From Lama glama (taxonomy: Eukaryota), in assembly GCA_028534125.1 (NCBI GenBank), contig CM052829.1, positions 1,178,001 to 1,242,000 on the forward strand: 64,000 bases of DNA. Direction: 5' to 3'. The notes beneath the pieces were generated by a model. It was not told where the DNA came from, searched no databases, and worked only from the letters and a program-made list of their open reading frames with translations. Below, in pieces: positions 12,047-25,226 of the stretch. Both the position numbers and the translations under genes were made by a program. How positions within the stretch are numbered: position 1 is the stretch's first letter; each line of letters begins with the position of its first letter.

Positions 12047-15000
12047 CCTAACTTTTTGGCTCATAGCAAGTTTTAAACTATGATCAATGTTTACATCCCA
12101 GGAAAATCCAGCTTAACTGAAAATTATTAATATTTTAATGAAATCAATCCTAATCAAAGGCTTGGATCACTTTTTCCTCAACTAAAGAAAAACTCTTTGA
12201 TGCAAATTTGATCATATTTTTAAAAACATTTGTTCTTATCTGAAAAGGCAGAGATGATAGAAATAATTTCATCATTGTGTTTAGCAAGGCATGGCTAATG
12301 ACAAGTTTTTAATAAAAATTCTTTGATGAGTTGTTGGTTAATAGTAATGAGTTTTGTCATTCATTTTTTTCTCTCAGTTGCAAAGTGAAAGGATTTGTTT
12401 CCCAACGGGATCGTGAAACACGTATGTGCATCAGGATACGGTAGTCACAGAAACCGCAGTGCCGACCACAGCAGGGACCGCGAGGCTATGACCGAGGACA
12501 AGAGGGGGCCAGGGGATCAGGAAGACCTTGGTAACAGTGACCTCTCCTTGCTCGTTGGTCTGCAAAGCTCTGGGCACTGGAAATCTCTAGGGAGCTGTTT
12601 GTATCAGATGTTCTTTATCATTTGGTTTCCAGAAATCTCAGAACCGTTCCAAGATCTCCTGGCATCTGATTTTTCTTCTTCTTCTTCTTTTTGTTTTTGT
12701 CTTTTTAATTCCATGCCAGAGAGTTTCGTGGAAAGAAAGACAGCCCCAATGGTCTCAGATCAAAGGAAAAATATTACTGTGTTTGCTGGGTTCTAAAAAT
12801 ACAACTCCACACATTTCCAACAAAATATGAGAAAAATCCATCAGTGTAAACTGCCACACTTATGCTCAAGGTCAAGGGTTAGGTTGTAACACGAAGTGCA
12901 AAAAGCATTTTAGTCCAATGAATTAAATAGGGACTGAAATATTTCAACTGTTGTTTCCAAACTAGACCATCCCAAAGAGCCAGGCCTGTGGAACGCTCAT
13001 CCACCAAATATGTGGAAATGCCCTCAAAATGTGCAGCGTCACACTTGCCGAGTTGACACTGCGGCCGCCAGCCAGTTTCCACGCCAGGAATGACGGAGAG
13101 CGCGCCAAGGGCTGTGTGCCTCCCTGCAGGGGAGGGCCGTGTCAGCCACCCTCTCCCTCCTCCTCATTCAGAGCAGCAGTCTGACCCGGTGTGGTGCAGA
13201 ACCTGAGTCCCGTGACCCTGGGCACAGGTGGATGCGGGGCAGCACCTGCTCGGTGGAGCCAGGGCACCCGCCTCTGGGTCCGTCAGCACCAGGGCTCCCT
13301 GGGGCCCCTCACGCTCACCTTCCCACCAAGAGGCCCCAGGGCAGGCGGGGGGTGTCAGTGCCGGACATCAGGGGACAGGGTTGGTGACAACCGGCAAACT
13401 AAACCAGCCAGAAGGGAGCCCTCCCCCTGCAGGTCCTGCTCCCCCCGAGCCAGGCTCCAGGGAAAGGCTGCTCCTGCAGGAAAAGTCCGTCTGCAATGGG
13501 CAGCCCCTCCCCCGCAGCCCCGGCGCTGAGCAGCCCGCGAATGCGGGCTGAAGGCCTCGGCTGCAGGGCCCCCACCCTGTCGGACGTGAGTAATGCCCAG
13601 TTATTTTCAAACATGCACAACCCACTCCACTACCCCGGCAGCCGAGCCCAGCCAGGCCCGTGTGATCCCGAAGTCCACGGGTGTCTGTGCGCTCTTTTTG
13701 TTTTAATCCTTTTGATTGAAATTAAACTTGCTTTTAGGAGACAAGTTTTGTTTTCCCCACTTCTCCCTTACCACATTTTTGTGCCACAAATTTATGGTAT
13801 GAAACGTGTTCTGTGAGGTGGGAGAATCCCAACCAAGGGAATTACCCAGAAAAATTCAGCTGGATCCAAATAGCCTGACAACGGCATTACCAAGAGGACG
13901 TTTGTACTTAATTGCCGTTTACCCTCCCTGTCCAAAAGCAACCCCGCGTGGACCCGGCCGGTGGACCCCTCGGAGCTCGAAGTGGGAGGCGTGGGAGAGC
14001 GACCTCAGCAGGGGCACCGAGAGCCGGACGGGCCTCGGCTTCAGTCTGATCAGCCCGTCAGAGGCGCCCACGGAGGCCACGCCAGCCCAGAGGCTTGGCG
14101 CGGTGGCTTCCGCGCGCTCCTCCAGCAGGGTGTTCCACGGGGTTACCTACAGGAACGGGACACTAAAGAGGCCCATAAAGCTCAAACTTTACCACCACCC
14201 CCACGGCAGTTGTCCTCAGAGCTAAGTCGGCCCAGGCCATTGCTTCTAGAAGTTTCTCTGAAGAGCTGATCATCTGATATTTGAATTTATTCTTCAATGA
14301 TTTTTCATCCCTCAGCACAGATAACTGAAGTGTGTAGCTGCAATTAAGGCATGAAGTTACACCCAAACTCCTCAGACGGACGTGCAAGGACATGCGAGCC
14401 AGACGCAGCGTGGAGGTGAGAGCCACGTGGACCCGCCGAGTGTGCGAAGTGTCCCTCAGGGTGTCAGCGGGAACAGCGCCTGGGGCTGAGGAACAGGCGG
14501 AGCTCTGTGTGTCCCTGGTCAGACTGGCTGCCCCGGGACGTGCTGCCCCGGGAGAGGAGGAGCCGATGGCTCAAGCCTGGCCCAGCGTGGGCTGGGGGCT
14601 CCAGCTGCCCTGTGCTCAGGAGGAGGGCTGGAGCCAACAGCCAGACCGCGCAGAACGTCACCTCAAAGGCGCGACAGCCTGTGTGGTCTTTCCTCCTAGA
14701 TAATAAGAAAAAGAAGGTTAAATCTCTTTCTGAAAATGACTCTATTTGTGTTTGAGACACCGCATGCTCTGCAGAGTCAAACCCTCATTAACGTGGGCAG
14801 CCTTTCAGCGTTTTGCTCTAAGTGTGCTAGTTAACTCCAAATCCACTTCTTACATCAGGAAAATTGAAAATTGCAAGTGTCAAATCGGCCCCAGAGGAAA
14901 ATCACTGAGAGCCACACAGGCGCCCAGTGTGCGCGCCCTGCACGCCCAGAGGCAAGACGGGAAAAGCTGGAAAATCCAAATGAAAGGCTTCCACAAGAGT

Positions 15001-15248
15001 CGCCTGAGAAGACTCTGGAAGCATTCCGTGAACCTAGATGAGTCCATGTCGTGACGTCAGCAGCCGTTCTCAGAAAAGCGAGCGTTCCAACAAGTAAGAA
15101 AAAGAAGACTCAGAAATTACTCCTCCCCTACGTGCCCTGAAGGAGATTCACAGCATAAACCCTGGAGTTCTGACAAAGCAAAAGGGAATAACCCCCGAGC
15201 GGGCATCTCGGCGGTTCACCCGTGACCGCGCGGCGGGACGCAGCTCAC

Positions 15249-15420
15249 CTCTGCAGTTGCCCCGGTGAGCGATCTCCAGCTGCGGGTCCTTGCACTTGGC
15301 GCGCTGAAACTCGCAGCGGGACAGGAAGGTCCTCCCGTCGGACCCGCACAGGGGTTTCTGCGGCGAGCCCCCGCAGTCCAGGCTGCAGTCCTTGTCCTTG
15401 TCTTGGTCAACTCTCAGAAA
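15249..15420 (-). CDS. SMOC2: SMOC2 coding exon 2 (172 nt; follistatin/Kazal-like domain FLRVDQDKDKDCSLDCGGSPQKPLCGSDGRTFLSRCEFQRAKCKDPQLEIAHRGNCR)
   Basis: Acceptor TTTTTATTTCCTCCTCCAAG|TTT and donor AGAG|GTGAGC. Six-Cys Kazal spacing. In frame with exon 1 and ends in phase 1. Embedded in ORF 15148..15453(-). Confidence 0.97.
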
Positions 15421-18400
15421 CTTGGAGGAGGAAATAAAAAAGAAGCCGGACACTTAAAGGCGGGTGGTATGGAGCGCAGGCCCTGGGCGAGGGTGCCCCG
15501 GGAGCGGGGTGGGGCTCCCCGAGAGCACCTCCTCCCCACCTCCTCCCCGCCCCCGGCACCCCTGCACACACGCGGCACCCCCACGCTCTAGCTCTGGCCT
15601 GGGCCGCTGTCCGGGTCTGCGTGGGCACCTGCCTCTTCTGTTTGCTTTAATAATCTGAACAGCAGTGCATTTGTTTGCTCACTGCTGGTCCACTGCTGCC
15701 GTGCCCAGGCTCTGCCATCACTGGGGGGCTACACTCCTGGCACCCCCCATCTGCCTGGAGCTGGGGGGCAGCCTCTCCTCGTGAAACGGACCCACATGAC
15801 CTCATCTAGGACCCAGGAGCACCTTCGTGTGAGCCTGTCATTTTCTGAATCGATGCCCAGCCCCCGGGGAGGCGCTGGTTTCCATGGGGGAGCTAAGAGG
15901 CCTCCACACTCCACACACGGGCTCACAGCGCAGGACGGATCCAGGGCTGCAGGCGGTGCAGGCCCAGAACCCCTGCCCAGGGAGCTCCTCAGACCTCGCA
16001 GGGGCCCCCACACACTGAGTCCCCACGGACCACTCTGGGGGCCCGTCCTTGCCTGGCTCCCTCCGATGTCGCGGACACAGGGCTTCAGAGCTCACGGTGT
16101 CTCCAGTGGGGCTCAGATCCGACGCCTGCTCCCACACCTGCCTCCTGAGACAGCTGATGGTGCTCCCTGCCACCCCACTTTCCAGCCCCCTCACGCCCCA
16201 CCCTCAGCCCTGTCTAGGCCCCCTCACTCGAGACGCAGCACCGAACATGAAGGCGAACCCCCAAAAGCTTGGTGCTACAGGACGAGGAGTCATCGCGAGC
16301 CTTTGGTCACGGAACGTCGCCCATCCCACGCAGGTGTTTTCTCTGATTCGAGGACCACTAGCAATTTATTAAAGGAAAGAAAGCAAGCAAGCCCAGAGCG
16401 GTGGTCTTCCCTCAGCCCCCCGCGTAGCGTCTGGACCCCGCGGTCCTGCGTGTATTCGAGCAGGCTGACTCGCACTGTTTGCCCAGGTGACACCTACGGG
16501 GGTAGAGGCGCCCCTCCCTCGCCCAGTCTGAGCCAGAGGAGAAGCAGAAATGGAGCTTAGCAACCGTGCAGGACCTCACGGACACCTTCCTGTGCCAGCA
16601 AGAGACACGAAGGACATTCGCACACTCAGGAAAGACACCGAAACCCTCTCCATGAGTCTCCAAGTGTCCTCGCTGGTGCTGTGGGAGCGTGGACCAGCAC
16701 CGAAGCTGAGACAAAGCCACGAGGGGAGGGCGGCCCCTGGGGGACGGACACCCAGGAAGCCATGCCCCTCACGGGGAGACGGGCGGGGTCCCCACAGCCC
16801 CCCACCCCCCCGCGTCCTAGGAAGGACGCGCAGCGGATGCACTGTGGCCGGAAGGGGTGGGCGACAGTCCCTCCACCTGCTCCTCGGGAGCTCACAACTG
16901 GCCATTGCCCAGACTTCTGGAAGAGGCTCCAGCCCAGAGACAGGCGATCAGCTCCAGGAGGTGACCAACTCTCCCACTCTGTTCACGTTCAGACAGCCGC
17001 CCCGACTCCTCCCGAGAAGAGTTCCACCTAAATGACCTGCGAGCCGACACCTGTCGCTGCCTCTTCAAGACTTTACAGAAACAACAATTAAAAACAAGCA
17101 TTCTTTACTTAAAAACGGGCCGAGCAAGCACGTGGGCACCTTGGATTGAATTCCCTTCCTGAGGGGTGTCAGCCCCACTTTCCCACTTTCCCTGAGGTGG
17201 GCGTGAACCCTCCAGCCATGAAGGCACAGCTCCCGGGGGAGCAGGGCCCCCCAAGGGTTTGTATCTGAGGAGGGTCCTCGCCCGTGAACCTTGTCGGGTT
17301 CCCATCCTCGCTGGAGAGAGTTTTCGTAGACGTGTTCTGTGACTCACGCCGGCCCGGAACAGAGCAGCTTTGCTCAAGGGGCAGACTGACAGACAGACAG
17401 ACACAGACAGAGAACACGCTCGGCCTGGTAACGCCCCAGGACCGCCCGCCACAGCCAGTGCGCACAGGAGCCCGCCCAGAAGCAGCCCTCTTCTCTTTCG
17501 GGTGAAAACGTGGAATCACCTAAATCCTGCTGACTTTTAGGCTGAAGAGGTGGTCTGTCTGTGCTCCCTGAAACCCGGAGCGAGGAGCTGCAGGAGGCTT
17601 AGGCGAAGGCACTGTAATTATCATCTGCTCTACACGGAAAGAGACCGCCTCCGCATTTTCATTTTTTTTAAAGGCCGGCATTCAGGCATTTGGAATTTGA
17701 CCATAATTCTTGATAATTTAATGATGTAGAACCAACAAGGGCACTGTTCGTCCTCAGAAATGAGAGAACTCACTTTCTGCACACCTCTCCCATTCCCCAT
17801 TTTTAACAGCAATTAAATTCCAGCAGAGACAGCGCACAGAGGAAAGGAGTTCACCTGAGCTGGATTCTTCACCAAACAAAGTCCTTGAAGGAAAGGGAAA
17901 TATTTCTGTTCTGAAGAATGTAGTGTTCATTAAAGAGCTCCGCTGAGGGTCTTCAAACCAGTTCACATAAAAGGCACGGTGCCAAATTTAGAAGGAAAGC
18001 AACTGAACCTCGAGCAACGCCATTAAAAAAACCACCTCAGGGTGGCAGGGGCCCCATCTCTTTTATTTTCACAAAGCAGTGCTGTTTGCACAGGTGCAGG
18101 GAGGGGCAGAAGAAAGCCGAGAGGGGCACCTGCGGTGTCTGTCCGGGCGGCAGGCAGCTCCTGCGTTAGACACAAGCAGGTCAAACGCTCACAGAGGAAA
18201 GATTTGCTCTGTGTTTTGCTTCAGAAACGCGCAGGTTTACGCCAGAGGAAAAGTCAGAACAAAATCAAACCACTCAGGAAACAGGCGAAAGCACTCTTCA
18301 ACACGGATGGATTTCCCACAGCTGTCGGCGCTGATGCACTGATGGAAGATGCCTGTTCTGCTGATTGTAACAGGGGAGCACGTGCCACCCGCTGTGAACT

Positions 18401-18862
18401 GCAACCCTGCAGCTACAAGCTCCCCAAAGCACAAGCTTTCTGAACCGTGGGGCGGGCCGCCAGAAAGGGACGCAGCTTCCGAGCAAGCGCGTTTGCCTGA
18501 CCAGGACGAGGCTCACGTGCGGGGGTGGGGGCGAGGTGGGACAGAGCCCGGGAGGGCGTCCAGGGAGCGGGCGGGCCCAGGGCGTCGATGCGTCCGCGAC
18601 CCTGAAGGCCACACGCAGGACAGGTGGGAGGACGGGACAAATCACACCCTGTTCAAAGAGCATCCTCTCCACCTCACAGCCTGAGTTTCTCCAGTTTCTC
18701 CAGTTTCAGGAAACGCTCCCTACTTTTCAGTGGAACAGAAAACCCAAACTGAAGACAGGGGCGTGGAGACTTTCAGAGCCTGCCACCTGCGGCCAGGGCG
18801 TTAGAGGGGCGGGGAACTGCTGCTGGTGTTCTCTGCCGGGAGCCGGCCACTCGCCGGGCATC

Positions 18863-18987
18863 CGCTCACTCGTTCACTCACTCACCCCATCACCCACTCA
18901 TTCACTCATTCACTCGTCCATTCCTTCACCCACTCATTCATCCAGTCACTCGTTCATTCATTCACTCAGTCATGCATTCACTCACTT
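18863..18987. repeat. Degenerate (TCAY)n / (CATT)n tetranucleotide repeat
   Basis: CACTCATTCACTCATTCACTCG...TTCATTCATTCACTCAGTCATGCATTCACTCAC. Confidence 0.88.
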
Positions 18988-21900
18988 GCTGGAAGTAACA
19001 AGCCAGTTTGTGCGAGTTTTAAACACACTCCACTTCAGTATTTTCATTTCTTGGCCTCGCTTTCACACCCTCTTCGAGGACGAAGCCTCAGATCAGAAGT
19101 CAGATGCAGCCTGTGCTGAGCTTGCTCAGCGTGCCTGAGGGGCGGTGCTCTGCCGGCTGCTTCCTGGACCCCGGGGGTGGGAATTCGGACCCAGAGGACG
19201 GCAGTGCTGCCCCACAGAGAACCCTCATCTATGACAGCCAACAACCATCGTGTCACGCAGGACGACACGTGCTCACCGGGTCCTGAAGGCAGCACGCAAG
19301 TGTCCGAGAGCCCAAGAGCAGAGGCTGTTGGGCCTGGTGTGGGACGTGAGCACTGTCCTGCAGGAGAGCGTCTCAGCCTGGAGGGACACGGCACGGAATC
19401 CCAGGGGACAGGCCAGTAGCTGCAAATGCGCAGATCAGCAACACCAATTTGTGTGGGGCTGTCACAGGTCACGCTGACAGTGACCCCTGGAGGAGCAGGG
19501 CGGCGCAGGTGAGCACGTGGTCCCCGGCGGGAAGCAGCAGCCGCTGGCGGGAGGGCGGCAAGACGCTTGGGAGCGCGTGGTCCCCGCCCTACACACAGAC
19601 GGTGCCGGGAGCCAAGCCTTACAGGAGGCAGTCTGCTTCGGCGCAGGTTTCCAGTCCGTCTAACTAGCCAGGCCAGATCGCAGCATGCACGGGTGCGACT
19701 GTAGATCAACAAAAACTGGAGTCTGCTCCTGCTGGATGCTGCTCGGGACACTGGGCAAACCACCCCATGTCCAGCACGCCGTGTGTGCAGACTCAGTGTG
19801 TTTACCTGCGAAACGGCAGCAGTACACTTTCCCAGCCGCGAGAACAAATAAATGACGAGGTTTGCACGGCGGGTGAGCCGGGGAGGGAAGCCGCGGCGTG
19901 GGGGGCGTCTGGCCCACACCCCTCACGGCCCCTCCAAGGCGCTGCCTCGCCATGACCTGATGCTTCACCAGGAGGAAACCACCACCGCAAAGACGGTGGA
20001 ACAACGTCCCGCCCACGTCCTTTCAATCTGAAAAACACAGACTGTGGGCTTTGGGAGGGCGCTGTCTTAATAAGTCTGAGACCCTGAGTGAAAGGACTCA
20101 CGGAGACAGAAAAGCAGTGAGAAAGGCGACACCAGCAGCGCGGGGGGCTCTTTATGCCCTTTCGTCCTGTTCATTGTCTGTAGGATTTTAAAACCCAAGG
20201 GCAGACTAGTGGGATGATGTGTTTTAGTTCTTGTGACTAGATTAAGGCTGTAAAGCCAATAAAGAAGCAGAAGATCACCAACCAACGCTCCCTGCGGGTA
20301 AATGCCGGTGTGTGCCGGGCGGGCCGCACGGCAGGGCCCGCACTGACTTCGGAGGCTGGCAGACCGGCCGGGTGACCCGGACAGCCGTCCACTTGGCCAG
20401 ATGACCTCCGGTTCCTTCAGCTGTACGATGGGGGTGCTGCCACGCCTGCCTAATCCATAAAGATCATTGTGAAGACAAAAGGGAAGAGTGCATGAGGGCA
20501 CGGAAGAGAGACGATGGAGTCATTTGCAACAAACCCTCCGAGCAGACGCTCAAACACAGGGTGTGCTTGCCGTGGGATGCCCGCCAGTGGTCTACCACGT
20601 GAGCACGAAGCGGTCCTCCCGCTTGCGGTCATTTTCCATAAGAAACACAGGCGCCGGAAGCAGGACGGGAGTCAGAGGAGGCCGTGGGGGAGAGGGTGGG
20701 GGGAGGAAGGGCAGGGTCTTCCTGGAAGAAGCGGAGCCGGGGAGGGGCCCCTGCCGGGAGGGGCCCGCAGACGGTGCAGGGCGCGAACCACAGCAGCTCC
20801 GCTGAGAGCCGGGCCCCAGGAGCAGGTCCCCTTCACTGGGGACCCACGATGACACCGCGCACAGCGCTAGGAGGCCCCGAGGAAGGCCGGCCCCGGCCAC
20901 CCCCGGGGAGCCGCGAAGGCAGGGGAGCGCGGGGACGACCAGCAGGCTCATGGGCCGGGCTGCTGGCTTGCTTCCGCTCTGCCCCGGCGCTGCTGGTCCG
21001 TTTCGTCTGAGTGGACTTAAGACTTCTGGTGAGTGACAGTACAGACCCTGCCGGCTTCTGGTCCCCGGGCCCAGCCTCTATCGGGACTCCTCGGGCCCCA
21101 GGCGCCCTCCGCACACGGGCAGCCGCTGGCCTGACCGCGCCCCGCGCGAGCGTCCCCGCACCTCCTGCCCCGCGCACTCCTCTCCCCCCCGAAGCTGCTG
21201 CTTCACTGACCTTCCTCCCCTGCCTCCACGTCAATGTTGACGGAAGAGGGTTTGCTTCTTGTTAGTACTTCCTGAAGATAATTCAAGAAATCTCCTGGGT
21301 TTTGAATGCTCCAGATTTGTGTGTGTGTGAGAGAGAGTCAGCAGGAAATTTGTGATTTTAAAATTCTTCTTAATAAAACGGTGCCACCTTACTGCCGGAA
21401 GCGTCTTTGATCCTCACTTGGAAGTCTTGTTGCTCAGCATTCAGCGTGGCTCTGCGGGATCACAGAGCACGTTCCACGACACCCTCACCATCCTGCAGCG
21501 GAGCCGCACGCCTGCTCCTCGGAGCCGGGCACTGTCTGCGGGGGTCACCGTACTTCTGATCACTTGAAAATGTGTATCGAGGGCTCACCGGGCCGTGGGC
21601 GGCACTCTCTTCGTTCGTTTAGCTGCAGTTCAGCACCAGTCCTCATCCAGGGTCCCAGTAAGAGTCAAGGAATCGGCCAAACGAGTGTTGAACAGGCTGC
21701 ATGCTTTGCTTCAGCTACAGCTCTGTGAAACAACGCAAGTCTGGGATATGGGCGAACATTACAGTGGACCTTTGACCAACTGCTTTAGAGCCCATGGGAC
21801 CACATTCTCAGAGGGCAGAGATGAGTGTGGTCATCCGTGTGGCCCCAGCGTCCCAGCGCAGTGTCCAGCCTGAACTTGATGCTCAGAGAATGCTCACTGT

Positions 21901-24900
21901 CTGAAGAGCTGCAGTAACATAACCACGCAGAGCACACCACGGGGTCGCTGGGCATGCGGCCGGGGCAGAGGTGTTTGAGCAGACTGAGGTAAGGACACAG
22001 GAAGGGCAGACAGCACAGGCCACGAGCAGGCTTTTACACTCCAGGACAGACTCGGCACCCTGGCACTCTGGCTGTGACTGTGTTGGAAGGAGACCCACCT
22101 GCTCTCACCTGAAGGCTTCATCTCTCATCGCCACCCTGTGAGGCGTGCCTCTTTTTCACACGTATTCATACGCCTCGGAGAGGCTGAAGCACGCAGAAGG
22201 TCACAGGTACACCCTGTCTGTGTCTAAAAATAAAAGGGTAAGTCAGCTTCTGAAATAAGCGTTAAGCTTGTGTCAGGCTTCTCCGCACGCCCACATCAGT
22301 GCTGCGCGGCCGGCGTCACCGTCAGCTGGGCAGCGGGTCAGCCCCGAGGATGCCCAGTCTCCACTCCAGGGTGGTGCTCACTGGGATTACTGGTGGGCCC
22401 GGGGCAGAGCCGGGAACTGTGTGCACAGACAGGGCACGTGAACACACGGGGACCGTGACCGTGCTCTGCGCACCAACCCTCTAAGAGCTGCCTTCAGCTG
22501 ACGTCGCTGACATGGGACCGAATGGTGGGGAAAGAGACGGGGGACCCGGCACAGCTGTGTGTCCAGAGGCGCCCAGTCCTCGGTGCCACTCACCACGTGT
22601 GACTCACAAATTCCCTGACAGCCTCACCGTCTTCTGGGACAGCTAAACGGATGGCAGGCAGCTCCCTGCTCTTTGCTGTCCTCACCTCCCTTAGGAGATC
22701 AAATGCATCCATCAGCAAAATGAATTTTCAAAGGCATTAAGCCAGAGTTTTTTTAAGCCTGTTGCTCATTTCGAAGCGTTTAGAGCAAATGACACTTAAG
22801 TACATGTTAGAGAATATTAAAGAGCCCTGCAAGGCACGCGGCAGGCCCAGGAGCAGAGACACCAGCTAGTCTGTGTCTCAGCCAAACCTCAGGGGACCGC
22901 GTGCTGCACAGTGAAGTCACTTCCACTGAGGGCGGAATGCCAGGATCACAGAAGGAACTAGGAAGACAAGCCCTGAAGGCTGAAGACGCAGCAGTGAGAC
23001 GGGCTCGCGTGCAGGTGAGACGGGAAGAGAAACCACACAAGGAACAGGGACTCCCACCAAGTCTCGTGCACGCTCACCTCCGTTTCTACTTTTTAAAAGC
23101 GTAAATGAATACATCGTACAAGGTCAGGGGCCTTTGATCCCCCGGTAACGACAGGCAGGGTCCAGTTCCATGTCTGCATCCAAACTCCAGTGAGACTTCA
23201 TGGTGTCCAAAATACTGTTTACGTCTTTAATCCCATCACAGCCTCAGATTTCTTCCTGTGTTCAAGATCTTGCCCTTTCTGGGGTAAAAAAGTCTTACAG
23301 GAAAGGCTCTGGAAGTAAGGTTGCTTAGCTGCAGACCAGGGTCATGAGAATCCAGAAGGTCACGGGACTAGTTCCTGCTGGGTTCCCCCACAAGTCCAAG
23401 CACAAAGCAGTCTCCCACCCAGGATTTGCTGCGTGGAGCCGGAGGAGGGGGTGACCCTGTGGGGGTCCTCGGTATCCAGAGCCCAGCATCCTCTCCCCCC
23501 ACCACTGAGGGATGTGGCCAAACAGAGAGGACGCTGGGGAAAGGGGGTTCACAGAGAAGGTCCCCCTCCCCCACGTTCATCCCCAAGTGCCAACCGGACC
23601 GGCACCCCAAGGTTAAAGAAGCTTGTGGGAGTCTGAATCCACTTCTCTGTGGTCATGAGCGCCCAGTGTCTGCTGTCCATAAGCCCTGGAGGCAAGTGCA
23701 GAGGCTGCCTCTTCAGGATGGAAAGCTGTTGGGACCTGGGGGGTGGGTGGGAGGAGCTCACAGGGGCACCGATGAAGAGACTGAGGCTCCCAGAGGACAC
23801 AGACCCCGGTGCCTCATTGGACCAAAGAAGAGACAGAGGCTCCCAGGGGAGGTCACCCAGCTCATCCATGAGGAACCTAGAACCAATTCACGGACTTTGG
23901 GGCCAGGCCCCCGCTTTCACTCCAACCACACACGGCAGGAACCTTGACCCAGGTGCCAGGGCTGAGTCTTCTTGGACCAGGACACACACTCCAAAGTCTT
24001 CAACCCACACACAGGACCCGCTGTTGAAAGACACGGGACGAGGGGCTGGGGTCTCAGGCGCCCTCCTGTTCTGCCATCTGGTCCACATGTGAAGGCAGCT
24101 CGGGGCTGCCTCGTGTTGGCATCAGCACAAGTGGAAAACAGCCTCTCCCCAGCACCTCGGTCCTCGCATTAAAACAGACTCTGCACATTTCTAACAGTCC
24201 TTGCTTACCAAGGCCCGGGCCCCTTCGGGGAGAACCCTCTCACGGCTCTCCGAAACGTCTGAGCTCCCGGGGCGGCCCGTCGCTGTCATTATCAGCGTCA
24301 CTGAAACCCATGAGCACAGTCTTGGAGACACGGGACCGGACGCGGTCTGGAAGCCGCGCGCTCACCCGCTGCTGCCGCTTCTGCGGTCCGTCACCCGGCG
24401 CCTCTCGGCTGGGCGTCTGCACCGCCCTCCCAGGTGCTGACGCAGGAGCACAGCTCTCGGCGCTCGTCTGTGTGCTTCTCACGGACAAGAAGGATTCCAC
24501 TGGTGGGACCCGAAGGCCGGCGTCGGGGAGCTCGTGACTCGCCCCCGGTACAGCTCAGCTGAAACCTCGGCCCGTGGGGCCCCACCCAGCACCGGAGCCA
24601 TCAGCCTCACGCGGCTATTTGTATTGAAATTAGCTCAAATTCGGTGAAGTTTACAGGCCAGCTGCTCAGCTGTCTGTCTGGGGGCCTTTGCGTTCTCAGC
24701 GCCCCAGGCTGGAGCCCCCTCGGCTGGGCAGTGAGGGGGCAGAGCACTCCACCCGCATGGGAGGCTCCTTCAGTTGCTGCTCTGGAGGCACCGATCAAGG
24801 GTGGTTAATTTCCTAAACCAGCTCCCTAAACCCCAACTTTTAAATGGCCAGTTGCCAAAAGAGGAGTACGTATTCATTTCAGGCTACGTTGCTAATGAAA

Positions 24901-25226
24901 TAAGTATAGAACACTGAGCGAAGTATTTTTTTGAAAAAGTTATCCTGAAATTCACACCTTTAATTATAGAGAAAAGAGAAGTACTTCAATTACAGGAGGA
25001 AGAGAAACCTGGAGGGGAGAAGGAGGGTTTTGCGGGGCCTGAGAGGCACTTAGAAGGCGGCGGGGGGGGGCAGCTGGGGTGACAGGATGAGCCGACCATT
25101 GGTGGGGTGGGGACTCACGACCCTCACAGAGGCCTGGGCTCCCCTGCGCCGGGGGGTACAAACTGTTGCCCAGCAAACGTTAACAGCGTGGGAGATGGGT
25201 CGGGGGTGAGGTGGGGAGAGGTGAGG

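Noticed and set aside
18863-18987. YCAY cluster as a NOVA splicing-regulator site
   Set aside because: The YCAY motifs are on the + strand. The SMOC2 pre-mRNA carries the complement, and the tract is more than 3 kb from an exon.
19044-19919. Long ORFs such as 19044..19919(-), 41411..42271(-), 15781..16560(+), 46298..47044(+) and 42093..42824(-)
   Set aside because: Low-complexity P/R/G/A/S-rich translations with no recognisable domain, overlapping in several frames. This is expected from stop-codon scarcity in GC-rich intronic DNA.
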